Position numbers and translations under genes: made by a program
Notes under the pieces: generated by a model
The model's input: the letters and a program-made list of their open reading frames with translations, nothing else
The model's database searches: none
What the model was told of the DNA's origin: nothing
Shown here: in pieces, positions 27,602 through 35,526 of the stretch
Position numbering within the stretch: the stretch's first letter is position 1
How the letters are laid out: the number at the start of each line of letters is the position of its first letter
Source of the DNA: an uncultured virus (IMG/VR IMGVR_UViG_3300035698_018388)
Lineage: Duplodnaviria; Heunggongvirae; Uroviricota; Caudoviricetes
Strand: one strand, 5' to 3'
Virus record (IMG/VR): IMGVR_UViG_3300035698_018388
DNA length: 35,526 nucleotides

Positions 27602-27969
27602 TGAAAAGAAAACCGAATGAAGCATTTGAAGATTTTCAAGAACGAAGAAAGAAATCAAACCTCATTTCCAAAATTATTGGAAGTGGCAGACGTATTTTAA
27701 GGCGTGTTGAAACAAAACCAAAATTTAAAATGCACGAAAGAACAATTCACCAGAAGGTAAATAAAAAAATATGCATCGGCAAACGCTGGTTAAATGAAAT
27801 GTATTCCGACTTTCAAGATCGGAGAAAAGTTTGTAATGCTAAAAGAAGACAAATTGAAAACGACAGAAAAACTTTGATCAATATGGATTCAAAAGAGTGG
27901 AGAAAAAAGAATCAGCACCTTGTTCCAAGAGGATATCTTTTGATGAAACAAGAGAACGTTATTTTTTAA
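27598..27969 (+). CDS. Basic hypothetical protein with internal repeat
   Basis: KR..NE...DFQ.RRK..N occurs twice. Confidence 0.65.
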   Translation: MMKRKPNEAFEDFQERRKKSNLISKIIGSGRRILRRVETKPKFKMHERTIHQKVNKKICIGKRWLNEMYSDFQDRRKVCNAKRRQIENDRKTLINMDSKEWRKKNQHLVPRGYLLMKQENVIF

Positions 27970-27994
27970 CAAAGAAAAGAATAGGAGGTATAAA

Positions 27995-29008
27995 ATGGTT
28001 TACTCCGCAGGATTAATTGGTTGTGGTAGTATCGGGGCTTTAAAACCAGATCATCTTGACAGTAAATTAAGCACAAATATTTTAACCCATGCAAACGCAT
28101 TAAATACGCATAACAAAATTAACTTCGTTGGTGTTGTTGATATTGACGAAGAAAAAAGAAATGCCGCTGCGGAAAAATGGGGAGTAAGAGCATTCCCGAC
28201 GGTCGAATTGCTTTTTGATGATTGCGATTTAGATATTGTTATTTGTGCCGTTAATACAGAAAACCATTTTACAACACTCCTTGAAATTCTAATACAAAGA
28301 GGCAACAATTTAAAAACAGTTATTGTAGAAAAACCATTTTGTGAAAATTCAAAACGAGCAATGGAAATAACAAGAAAATATTTAGAATACGGAATTAATC
28401 TTATTGTAAATTACCAACGAAATTTTATAAAAGAGTATGCTGCAATTAAAAGGATGTTCGATAAAGGTATTTTGGATGATGGCCCATTTGGAAAGGCCAT
28501 GAATTGCCGAGTATTATACACAAGAGGATTAAAGCATGAAGGGTGCCATGCAATTAATTTCCTGCTTGACTTCTTTGGTGATTGTATCTACTCCGAAATT
28601 CTCGATGCCGGATATGGGATACCAGACAGGGATGCAACTGATGAAAGTGTTTCTGTTTTTGCCGTTTTTGAAAAATGCACAAGCGTTGTCCTCCAACCTG
28701 TTGATGGAAGATGTTACGGCATTTTTGAAATTGATATTTGTTTTGAAAAATGCAGATTGAGATTTATTGAAAACGGTTTATGGATTGAACGATATCCTAT
28801 AGTTACAGAAAATGAGTATGGTCACAAGTCACTTGGATATGGAACAACCGAAGTAATACGAACAAATACCGGATTGAATACCTCTTTATATGAATGCCTT
28901 GATCAAGCAGTTGAATCGTGTAAAGCCTGTTTTGACAATAAAAAACTTTTAGAGAATGTAACTCGGGCAATTAAAGTTCACGAATTTATTGAAGATACAA
29001 AAGAATAA
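27995..29008 (+). CDS. Gfo/Idh/MocA-family oxidoreductase
   Basis: LIGCGSIG, VEKP, VNYQRNF, HEGCHAIN. Confidence 0.9.
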   Translation: MVYSAGLIGCGSIGALKPDHLDSKLSTNILTHANALNTHNKINFVGVVDIDEEKRNAAAEKWGVRAFPTVELLFDDCDLDIVICAVNTENHFTTLLEILIQRGNNLKTVIVEKPFCENSKRAMEITRKYLEYGINLIVNYQRNFIKEYAAIKRMFDKGILDDGPFGKAMNCRVLYTRGLKHEGCHAINFLLDFFGDCIYSEILDAGYGIPDRDATDESVSVFAVFEKCTSVVLQPVDGRCYGIFEIDICFEKCRLRFIENGLWIERYPIVTENEYGHKSLGYGTTEVIRTNTGLNTSLYECLDQAVESCKACFDNKKLLENVTRAIKVHEFIEDTKE

Positions 29009-29016
29009 TTATGGTT

Positions 29017-29134
29017 GCCCGTAAATTCATTCGGTGTGCTCCGAGCCGGTTCAATTTCCTTCGGGCGTGAAAATTAGGGGGATTGGACTATGCCTCCAAC
29101 TGACCGGGCTACACCATCGGGGCTACCCCGGTCA
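29017..29134 (+). other. GC-rich structured intergenic element
   Basis: Stems GCCCG/CGGGC, TCGG/CCGA, TTGGA/TCCAA, TGACCGGG/CCCGGTCA. Confidence 0.4.
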
Positions 29135-29156
29135 ACTTTTAAAAAGGAGAAATTAA

Positions 29157-29384
29157 ATGATACCAATAGAAACAAAAGATACTAATTGTATTTGTGGAAG
29201 TAAACAAAATGAATATGAAGATTTACCTGCCCATCGTTCAGAAGAAGGGGTTGTCACTACTTGTTGGGAATTATCTCAAGAAGAAATTGATTGTGTTGTT
29301 AGAAATAAAAAGATCTATTTGCAGCAGTTAACTTTTGGAAAATTATTGCAGCCAATAAAAATGACAATAGATAATCCATTATAA
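29157..29384 (+). CDS. Hypothetical phage protein
   Basis: SD AAGGAG; DLPAH...TCWELS.EE...QP pattern. Confidence 0.7.
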   Translation: MIPIETKDTNCICGSKQNEYEDLPAHRSEEGVVTTCWELSQEEIDCVVRNKKIYLQQLTFGKLLQPIKMTIDNPL

Positions 29385-29392
29385 ATTTAACT

Positions 29393-29471
29393 TCCCCCGG
29401 CTCAGTCCGGGAATGCTGAGTGGCATTTGGCCTTGAATATAAAACCGGCGGGTTGCGTATCCAGCGGGGGA
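29393..29471 (+). other. GC-rich structured intergenic element
   Basis: TCCCCCG (29393-29399) / CGGGGGA (29465-29471) closing stem, inner CTCAG/CTGAG. Confidence 0.4.
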
Positions 29472-29491
29472 TTTTTTAAAAGGAGAAACCA

Positions 29492-29644
29492 ATGGCTGAA
29501 TTTATATCCGTTGAATTAAAAAATGGTGATGGTGGTTTCTTCATACAAGACACAAAAGCTGGCAGGGATATTGCAAATGACCTTTTAAAAAACAAAAAAT
29601 ATGTCAAAGGAGGAGTAAATGACCATTTGGAGCACAATAGATAA
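29492..29644 (+). CDS. Hypothetical 50-aa protein (not in ORF track)
   Basis: SD AAGGAG; MAEFISVELKNGDGGFF... Confidence 0.55.
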   Translation: MAEFISVELKNGDGGFFIQDTKAGRDIANDLLKNKKYVKGGVNDHLEHNR

Positions 29645-29856
29645 CAGCCCTTGGCTTTCGTTCTTCTTTTTATGTTTGGCTGCATTATGCTTGACCAGAA
29701 TAATTACAACATTATTTGACTACCCTTTTTAGACTGTATAACAGAACATTAAGACATATGAATATAAAAAAGTTTGGGTGGCCTCCTGAACATTTAGATG
29801 CAGATGGAGATTACCATGGAATCTTAAAATTAGAAAAGGAGAAAGAAGATGAGTGA
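29619..29856 (+). pseudogene. Small membrane protein gene interrupted by an apparent +1 frameshift at CCT-TTT-TAG
   Basis: SD AGGAGG, hydrophobic N-terminus, stop TAG 29730-29732; +1 frame continues RLYNRTLRHMNIKKFGWPPEHLDADGD to TGA 29854-29856. Confidence 0.55.
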
Positions 29857-31105
29857 ACTTGCAATACATGGCGGAACACCGGTCAGGGAACATTTATTTC
29901 CTTCACAAAATACGATGGATATAAGAGAATCAATTGCTGTTTCAGAAGTAATGCGTGATGGAAGACTTTCTGGCTATCGTGGAAGTTGGTGCAATGAATT
30001 TTATGGTGGCCCGGAAATACAAGCCCTTGAGAAAGACTGGAAAGAAAAGTTCGGGGGTAAACATGCAATCCCTGTAAACAGTTGCACCAGCGGCCTTCAG
30101 GTGGCCTGTGGTGCCATTGGTTTGCAACCGGATGATGAAGTTATTGTTACTCCGTACTCCATGACTTGTAGCGCAACTGCCCCGATGCTTTATGGTGCAA
30201 GACCTGTATTTGCAGATGTTGATCCGAATACATTTTGTCTTAATCCTGACTCTGTTGAACAGAAGATAACCAGTAAAACAAAAGCAATTATTGTTGTAGA
30301 TTTATTTGGACATCCTTTTGATGTCGATGAAATTTATGAAATCGCAAATCGGCATGATCTTGCCGTTATTGAAGATGCTGCCCAAGCATTAGGAGCAACA
30401 TGGAAAAATATCAAAACCGGAACACTTGGAGACATCGGAGTATTCTCCTTTAATTATGGGAAGCACCTTACCTGCGGTGAAGGAGGAATGATTGTAACGG
30501 ACAATGATGATCTTGCAATGAAATGCAGACTTTTATCAAATCATTCTGAAGCTGTTATAAATGGAATGCCAGAAGTTGAAAGAATCAAATATCAACATTT
30601 ACCCCAAGGCTTCAATATGCGAATGACTGAATTGCAAGCCTGTATTATACGGGAGCAAATGACAAAGTTTGATGCTCTATTAGAAAAAAGAATGGCAAAC
30701 GTTAATTATCTTATCGAAGCATTATCTGGTATCCCGGCAATTATAGGCCCGAGAATTAAAAAGAATTGTACTCATACTTTTTATGTTCTGGCCTTCAAAT
30801 GGGATAATTACTTTGCAGATGGAATTCATAGAGATACTTTTATTGAAGCGGTAAAAGCCGAATTGACTCCCCGGCATGATCGTGATGGTGAAGGCGTTCC
30901 TATTGGTTGCGGTTATATCAAGCCTTTATATCGTATGCCAATTTTTGGGGTAAAAGAAAATCTTTGTCCAGTATGTGAAGACTTATGGCAGAACAAGTTA
31001 TTTCTTACTCTTTATCATGCTCCTAATTCAACAATTGAAGATATGAAAGATATTGTTGCTGCATTTTATAAAGTGTGGGCTTGCCGGGATGAATTGAAAA
31101 GGTAA
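29849..31105 (+). CDS. DegT/DnrJ/EryC1/StrS aminotransferase (PseC-like)
   Basis: NSCTSGL, IEDAAQA, SFNYGKHLTCGEGG (PLP Lys), GFNMRM. Confidence 0.95.
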   Translation: MSELAIHGGTPVREHLFPSQNTMDIRESIAVSEVMRDGRLSGYRGSWCNEFYGGPEIQALEKDWKEKFGGKHAIPVNSCTSGLQVACGAIGLQPDDEVIVTPYSMTCSATAPMLYGARPVFADVDPNTFCLNPDSVEQKITSKTKAIIVVDLFGHPFDVDEIYEIANRHDLAVIEDAAQALGATWKNIKTGTLGDIGVFSFNYGKHLTCGEGGMIVTDNDDLAMKCRLLSNHSEAVINGMPEVERIKYQHLPQGFNMRMTELQACIIREQMTKFDALLEKRMANVNYLIEALSGIPAIIGPRIKKNCTHTFYVLAFKWDNYFADGIHRDTFIEAVKAELTPRHDRDGEGVPIGCGYIKPLYRMPIFGVKENLCPVCEDLWQNKLFLTLYHAPNSTIEDMKDIVAAFYKVWACRDELKR

Positions 31106-31109
31106 AATC

Positions 31110-31238
31110 ATGTGGAAAGAAACCGAAATACCAACTAAAAAACAATTAAGGCTTTATTGTTTCTGGTTTTGGGTTTTGCTATTAATGTTCGTTGTTTTCC
31201 CAATTCTACCGGCATTAATTGAAATTATAGGAGGTTAA
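31110..31238 (+). CDS. Small membrane protein, 42 aa (not in ORF track)
   Basis: MWKETE...FWFWVLLLMFVVFPILPALIEIIGG*. Confidence 0.5.
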   Translation: MWKETEIPTKKQLRLYCFWFWVLLLMFVVFPILPALIEIIGG

Positions 31239-31239
31239 A

Positions 31240-32094
31240 ATGAAAGAAGTTAGGTTCATTGCAGATATTGGAAGTAATCATGATCAATCGATTCAAAAAT
31301 GCTATCGATTAATTCATCAAGCAAAAGACATTGGCTGTTGGGGAGTGAAGTTTCAATTGTTCCATCACAAAAAACTTTTCGCTCCCGGATTTAAAAACGA
31401 AATTGAACGGATGAAACAATGGGAATTACCAGAAGAATTTATTCCAAAAATTGCGGAATACTGTGAAAGTATCAATATTAAATTTATTTGTACTCCTTTT
31501 GATCTCGATGCTGTTGATGTTCTTAGGCCATATGTCGACTACTTTAAAATCGGGTCATACGAACTTCTCTGGCTTGACCTGATTAAAAAAGTTGCAATGG
31601 CAGGAAAGCCGTGGATGATTTCTTGCGGTATGACAGACAAAAGTACTTTGCTGGAAATTAGAAATGCAGAGAGAATAACAAGAGAAATAAATCCACCGGT
31701 TACTATTTTCCATTGCAATTCTAATTACCCTGCCGATCCAAAGGATTGCGATTTGACCATGATAAGAAGACTTGGCAACTATTTCGGAAGTGAAATCGGC
31801 TGGTCAGATCATTCTAAAGAACCGGGAGTAATCCATAAGGCAATTGCCCTTGGCGCTAAAGTAATCGAATTCCATTTCGGTAATGGGCCTGAATCAAAGA
31901 TAGGCCATTGTTGGGGAATGGAAATGGGAAAAGTAATTCATGATGTAAGGATTGGAGAAATTGCAAGCAGAACGGCGGAATCGGAATCGGAAGTGCAAGA
32001 CATATTGGGATTTGATGAAGAAGCAAAAAAATGGAGAACTGATCCTGAAGATGGTCATAGGCCATTAAAAAAGTATCGGGAGGATTTGCAATGA
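31240..32094 (+). CDS. neuB: NeuB/PseI-family nonulosonic acid synthase, lacking the C-terminal SAF/AFP domain
   Basis: IADIGSNH, VKFQ, TPFD, FKIGS, SCGM, HCNSNYP, GWSDH, IEFHF. Confidence 0.9.
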   Translation: MKEVRFIADIGSNHDQSIQKCYRLIHQAKDIGCWGVKFQLFHHKKLFAPGFKNEIERMKQWELPEEFIPKIAEYCESINIKFICTPFDLDAVDVLRPYVDYFKIGSYELLWLDLIKKVAMAGKPWMISCGMTDKSTLLEIRNAERITREINPPVTIFHCNSNYPADPKDCDLTMIRRLGNYFGSEIGWSDHSKEPGVIHKAIALGAKVIEFHFGNGPESKIGHCWGMEMGKVIHDVRIGEIASRTAESESEVQDILGFDEEAKKWRTDPEDGHRPLKKYREDLQ

Positions 32095-32129
32095 GCAGGG
32101 GGAAATAAATTTATAATGAGGAGACGAAA

Positions 32130-33185
32130 ATGGAAAGAACAACAATTTATAAAGATGTAATGGAGTATTCATCATTTCCACTTCTATCAAAAAGAAGAGT
32201 GGATGATATTGATGTCATCACCATTGGCTTTTTTGCTGCCCCATATCCTGACCATTATGGCATTAACAGATGGATAACAATGGAAGCGGTAGACCGACCA
32301 GTATTGGAATGGTTTGATACAATCGGAATTCAGAAGCCATTAAAACCATACGAATCGTCAAGGGATATATCTGATCGATTCATAATAAAAAGAGACAACA
32401 AAACAATTATTATCGGTGCTCCGGGATTTGCGGGAAGGAAGGGCGAAACAAAAATAAACGCATTTACCTATATTTACCGACGAGTAATTGATCATAAAAA
32501 AAGAAAAATGAGAGAAAAGAAATTCATATTCTCCAATGCCAAAAATGTTGTTTGCTTTCCACGGAGTACAGAAGTAGGCCAATATAGAAAGATTCTAATA
32601 CCTGCTTATATCGTGCTTCATAATGGAATAAACAGAAGTCTTATTATTCACAATCAAGGAGAAAGCATTGATATTTTCCCGATGTTTTCTTTTGAAGTAA
32701 ATTCCAATGAAGTTGCACTTGTAAAAATTGAGCGTGGTTATCTTGCTCATATAAGATGTGACCATATCCCATTTTTGCTCGAAAGCCGATCTCTTGATGG
32801 AAGACAATGGACTTATCCAACAGCAGTTCAAGCTCAACGCACTTATAAAAATGTTGTCGTTGGTGGGCCTTCACATTTACTCCGATTAAAAAACGGGTTG
32901 CTTGTTTGTTCTTTTGCCAATCGTCAAACTCCAATGGGAATATATGCTTGCATATCAGTAGATGATGGGACAACTTGGAAAGCACCAATTGAATTAAGAA
33001 CTGATTGTGATTTTAGAAGTAGTCTACATAAGAAAAAAAGAGTTTGGAGTAAATTGCCACCGATGGGTATGGATATGGGATATCCGGTATCTATCCAATT
33101 AAATGACGAAAGTATTTTAACTGCTTATTATATTACTTCATCTGATGGAGTAACTCATATCGAGACAACAAGGTGGATGAAATGA
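32130..33185 (+). CDS. BNR/Asp-box sialidase-like beta-propeller protein
   Basis: Asp boxes SLDGRQW and SVDDGTTW; DMGYP..QL.D..I.TAYY. Confidence 0.7.
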   Translation: MERTTIYKDVMEYSSFPLLSKRRVDDIDVITIGFFAAPYPDHYGINRWITMEAVDRPVLEWFDTIGIQKPLKPYESSRDISDRFIIKRDNKTIIIGAPGFAGRKGETKINAFTYIYRRVIDHKKRKMREKKFIFSNAKNVVCFPRSTEVGQYRKILIPAYIVLHNGINRSLIIHNQGESIDIFPMFSFEVNSNEVALVKIERGYLAHIRCDHIPFLLESRSLDGRQWTYPTAVQAQRTYKNVVVGGPSHLLRLKNGLLVCSFANRQTPMGIYACISVDDGTTWKAPIELRTDCDFRSSLHKKKRVWSKLPPMGMDMGYPVSIQLNDESILTAYYITSSDGVTHIETTRWMK

Positions 33186-33649
33186 TAAAATTTGTTGTTG
33201 GTTATTTATTTTCTGAACAATTTGATAGGGTTCTCCTTATCCGAAAGAATAGACCAGATTGGCAAAAGGGGTATTTGAATGGTATTGGAGGCCATGTAGA
33301 AAAAGGAGAATTTTTTGAAGATACAATGACAAGAGAATTCAAAGAGGAATGTGGTCTTTCCATTAAAAATTGGATGCATGTTTGTACTATGGAAATAGAA
33401 CAAAATTATGCCCGTTGTGATTTTTTTACACAGCAAGTAGAAAATAGTATTTTTTATGCTCATAAAAAAACCACCGATGAAGAACTTGTTGCTATAAACC
33501 CAAAGCACCTTAATCACTATAAAATTATTCCAAATTTAAGATGGCTTATTCCTTTTAGCGAAGGGATATTACAAAAAAATTATGATCCAATCAAAGTAAA
33601 CTCAGCATTTAAAGGAGGATTTGTAAATGGAAACAATGTTAAAGGGTAA
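33182..33649 (+). CDS. NUDIX hydrolase
   Basis: GGHVEKGE......REFKEECG Nudix box; start 33182 or 33173. Confidence 0.9.
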   Translation: MIKFVVGYLFSEQFDRVLLIRKNRPDWQKGYLNGIGGHVEKGEFFEDTMTREFKEECGLSIKNWMHVCTMEIEQNYARCDFFTQQVENSIFYAHKKTTDEELVAINPKHLNHYKIIPNLRWLIPFSEGILQKNYDPIKVNSAFKGGFVNGNNVKG

Positions 33650-34577
33650 GGAGATATTGATTACTGGCGGAACTGGCTCACTTGCAAAAGCCCTGATAAA
33701 AGAACTGGAGCATTACGAACCTTATGGCATCCGGTTATTCTCAAGGGATGAATTAAAGCAATGGCATTTGAAACGTAAAGTAAAAAATTACAAAAATAAA
33801 ATCTCTTTCCTTGTTGGGGATATTCGTGATCGAAAAAGAATCGAGCTTGCAATGAGCGGAGTAGACATTGTAATTCATACTGCCGCCTTGAAGCAGGTGC
33901 CATCATGTGAATTCAATCCGCTGGAAGCAATCAATACCAATATTATGGGGTCACAAAATGTTCTCTATGCTGCCTTAGAAAATAAGGTTGACAAAGTGCT
34001 TGCCATTTCAACAGACAAAGCCGTTTACCCTGTTAATCTATATGGTGCCACTAAAATGTGTGCTGAGAAATTATTCATTCAAGGCAATACATATTCTGGC
34101 GGGAGAAACCCACACTTCTCCTGTTGCCGATATGGTAATGTTATCAATTCGAGAGGTAGTGTTATTCCCTTATTTAAAGAGCAGGCAGCATCCGGCATTG
34201 TTACTGTTACCCATAAAGATATGACAAGGTTTTTTATTACTCTTGAAGATGTTGCCAAATTTATTTTGAAGTCATTAAGTATAATGACAGGTGGAGAAAT
34301 ATTTGTTCCAAGAATGGCAAGTGCAAAAATTGTGGATGTAGCAATGGCAGTTGCCCCCGGTTGTGAAATAGAAGAAATTGGAATTAGACCGGGAGAAAAG
34401 ATGCATGAGGTCTTGATTACAAAAGAAGAGTTTGCAACATTTTCCGATTATCTTTCTGGATATATCCTTGCCGGATCTGAAGAACATCCAGTTCACAGCG
34501 TCCCATATACAAGTGACGGAAATAGTGAATGGCTAACAAAAGAACAAATTATTGAAATGGCAAAAGTATTTTCATAA
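33627..34577 (+). CDS. pseB: UDP-GlcNAc 4,6-dehydratase (PseB/FlaA1-like)
   Basis: TGGTGS, SRDELKQ, HTAALKQVP, STDKA, YGATK, RYGNV..SRGSV, GIRPGEKMHE. Confidence 0.9.
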   Translation: METMLKGKEILITGGTGSLAKALIKELEHYEPYGIRLFSRDELKQWHLKRKVKNYKNKISFLVGDIRDRKRIELAMSGVDIVIHTAALKQVPSCEFNPLEAINTNIMGSQNVLYAALENKVDKVLAISTDKAVYPVNLYGATKMCAEKLFIQGNTYSGGRNPHFSCCRYGNVINSRGSVIPLFKEQAASGIVTVTHKDMTRFFITLEDVAKFILKSLSIMTGGEIFVPRMASAKIVDVAMAVAPGCEIEEIGIRPGEKMHEVLITKEEFATFSDYLSGYILAGSEEHPVHSVPYTSDGNSEWLTKEQIIEMAKVFS

Positions 34578-34599
34578 CGATTAAATAAGGAGAAATAAA

Positions 34600-34935
34600 A
34601 TGACACAATCAACAGGAACAACATTAGAGGGGAAAGAAGATGGAAGAAGAAAGTATGACCGGGCTTTTGTTTTTGTAATGATTCCAATCATGCTCTTTTC
34701 ATGCTTTATATTTTTTAACATAAAACAAAAAAACAGAAACGATCTATTAATTAAAACCTCGACAGATCAAATCGAAGCGTTAATTAATACGCTTGAAGCG
34801 ATGCCGGTAATTGAACAAGATGCAACCGTTTATATTGTTGTAAAGCCCGGCGGCATATTGAATTTGACAGAGGGAGAAAGAATCAAATTTGATATTACAA
34901 TGGAAGACAAAAAGTTGAAGGGGGGCAAAAAATGA
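34600..34935 (+). CDS. Hypothetical membrane protein
   Basis: One TM segment AFVFVMIPIMLFSCFIFF; SD AAGGAG. Confidence 0.65.
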   Translation: MTQSTGTTLEGKEDGRRKYDRAFVFVMIPIMLFSCFIFFNIKQKNRNDLLIKTSTDQIEALINTLEAMPVIEQDATVYIVVKPGGILNLTEGERIKFDITMEDKKLKGGKK

Positions 34936-35526
34936 ATACATTATATGAAAATGAAAGATTGTTTGTAGTTCCTTTTGATTGGTCAGTTATTAATAATGGG
35001 AACTACTGTAAATGGTGGAACGATCAAGAAGTAACAAAGCATAATTCTCACGGTCTTTTTCCAATGAGTGATTATAAATTACAACAATTCATGAAACAAT
35101 TGGATGAATATCCTGATTCACAATTGGTCTGGGCAGTATTTGCAAAGGTTAGCCCCAAAGTAATTGTCATTACACCAGAAGGCGACAAAGGAGATATTCC
35201 TTCAAAATCAATCCACATCGGCAATATCTCCTTGCAAAAAATAGATCTTATAAATCGATCTGCTGAGTTTGCCTGCGTCTTCGGAGAAAAAGATTATTGG
35301 GGCAAAGGCTACTGTTCCCAAGCAGCGGCCTTCCTATTTGATCACGGCTTTGATAAACTTGGGCTGAATAGAATCTGGACAGGAACTGCTGCAACAAATA
35401 AGGGCATGATGCGGGTTGCTGAAAAATTAGGCATGGCCGAAGAAGGAAGGTTTACTGAAGGCGTATTTTTAAATGGTGAGTTTGTTGATGTCATTGCCTT
35501 CGGTGTAACGGCAGAAATGTGGGAGG
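34932..35526 (+). CDS. GNAT N-acetyltransferase (RimJ/RimL, PseH-like), 3'-truncated (not in ORF track)
   Basis: ATGA overlap at 34932, open to window end: HIGNISL..ID..NRSAE...GEKDYWGKGY...GFDKLGLNRI...N..M..VAEKLGM.EEG. Confidence 0.85.
   Translation, partial: MNTLYENERLFVVPFDWSVINNGNYCKWWNDQEVTKHNSHGLFPMSDYKLQQFMKQLDEYPDSQLVWAVFAKVSPKVIVITPEGDKGDIPSKSIHIGNISLQKIDLINRSAEFACVFGEKDYWGKGYCSQAAAFLFDHGFDKLGLNRIWTGTAATNKGMMRVAEKLGMAEEGRFTEGVFLNGEFVDVIAFGVTAEMWE

Noticed and set aside
29017..29471. tRNA genes
   Set aside because: No cloverleaf with TTCRA T-loop at proper spacing could be built
29730..29741. TAG stop-codon reassignment
   Set aside because: Readthrough hits TAA three codons later; long genes are intact under code 11
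745..34687. All minus-strand ORFs and nested alternate-frame ORFs in the track
   Set aside because: Shadows of well-supported + strand genes; Ser/Phe/Ile-rich antisense composition, no recognisable motifs

Overview
AT-rich, gene-dense window with essentially all real genes on the + strand, many coupled by ATGA overlaps and AGGAG Shine-Dalgarno (SD) sites. It reads as part of a large dsDNA bacteriophage (or prophage) genome; no virion genes are visible here. 1-25.1 kb is a replication/recombination module: primase, two paralogous wHTH initiator-like proteins, DnaB-like helicase, acidic repeat protein, PCNA/gp45-like clamp, RFC/gp44-like clamp loader, two radical SAM enzymes plus a glycosyltransferase, DnaE fused to a family-4 uracil-DNA glycosylase, UvsY-like protein, gp32-like SSB, RecA/UvsX, 5'-3' exonuclease, RuvC-like resolvase, and a split SbcC flanking SbcD. 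26.8-35.5 kb is a nonulosonic (pseudaminic-like) acid biosynthesis cluster with a sialidase-like protein. Highlights: a recurring K-I-T-R-R-K-K peptide on many unrelated proteins, an SSB-tail mimic (FDDDDIPF) ending the polymerase, a candidate clamp-binding motif shared by the polymerase and the putative DNA-modifying enzymes, a ~204-nt multi-stem pseudoknotted ncRNA candidate, and a shifty-stop +1 frameshift candidate. All calls come from manual motif recognition; no searches were run.
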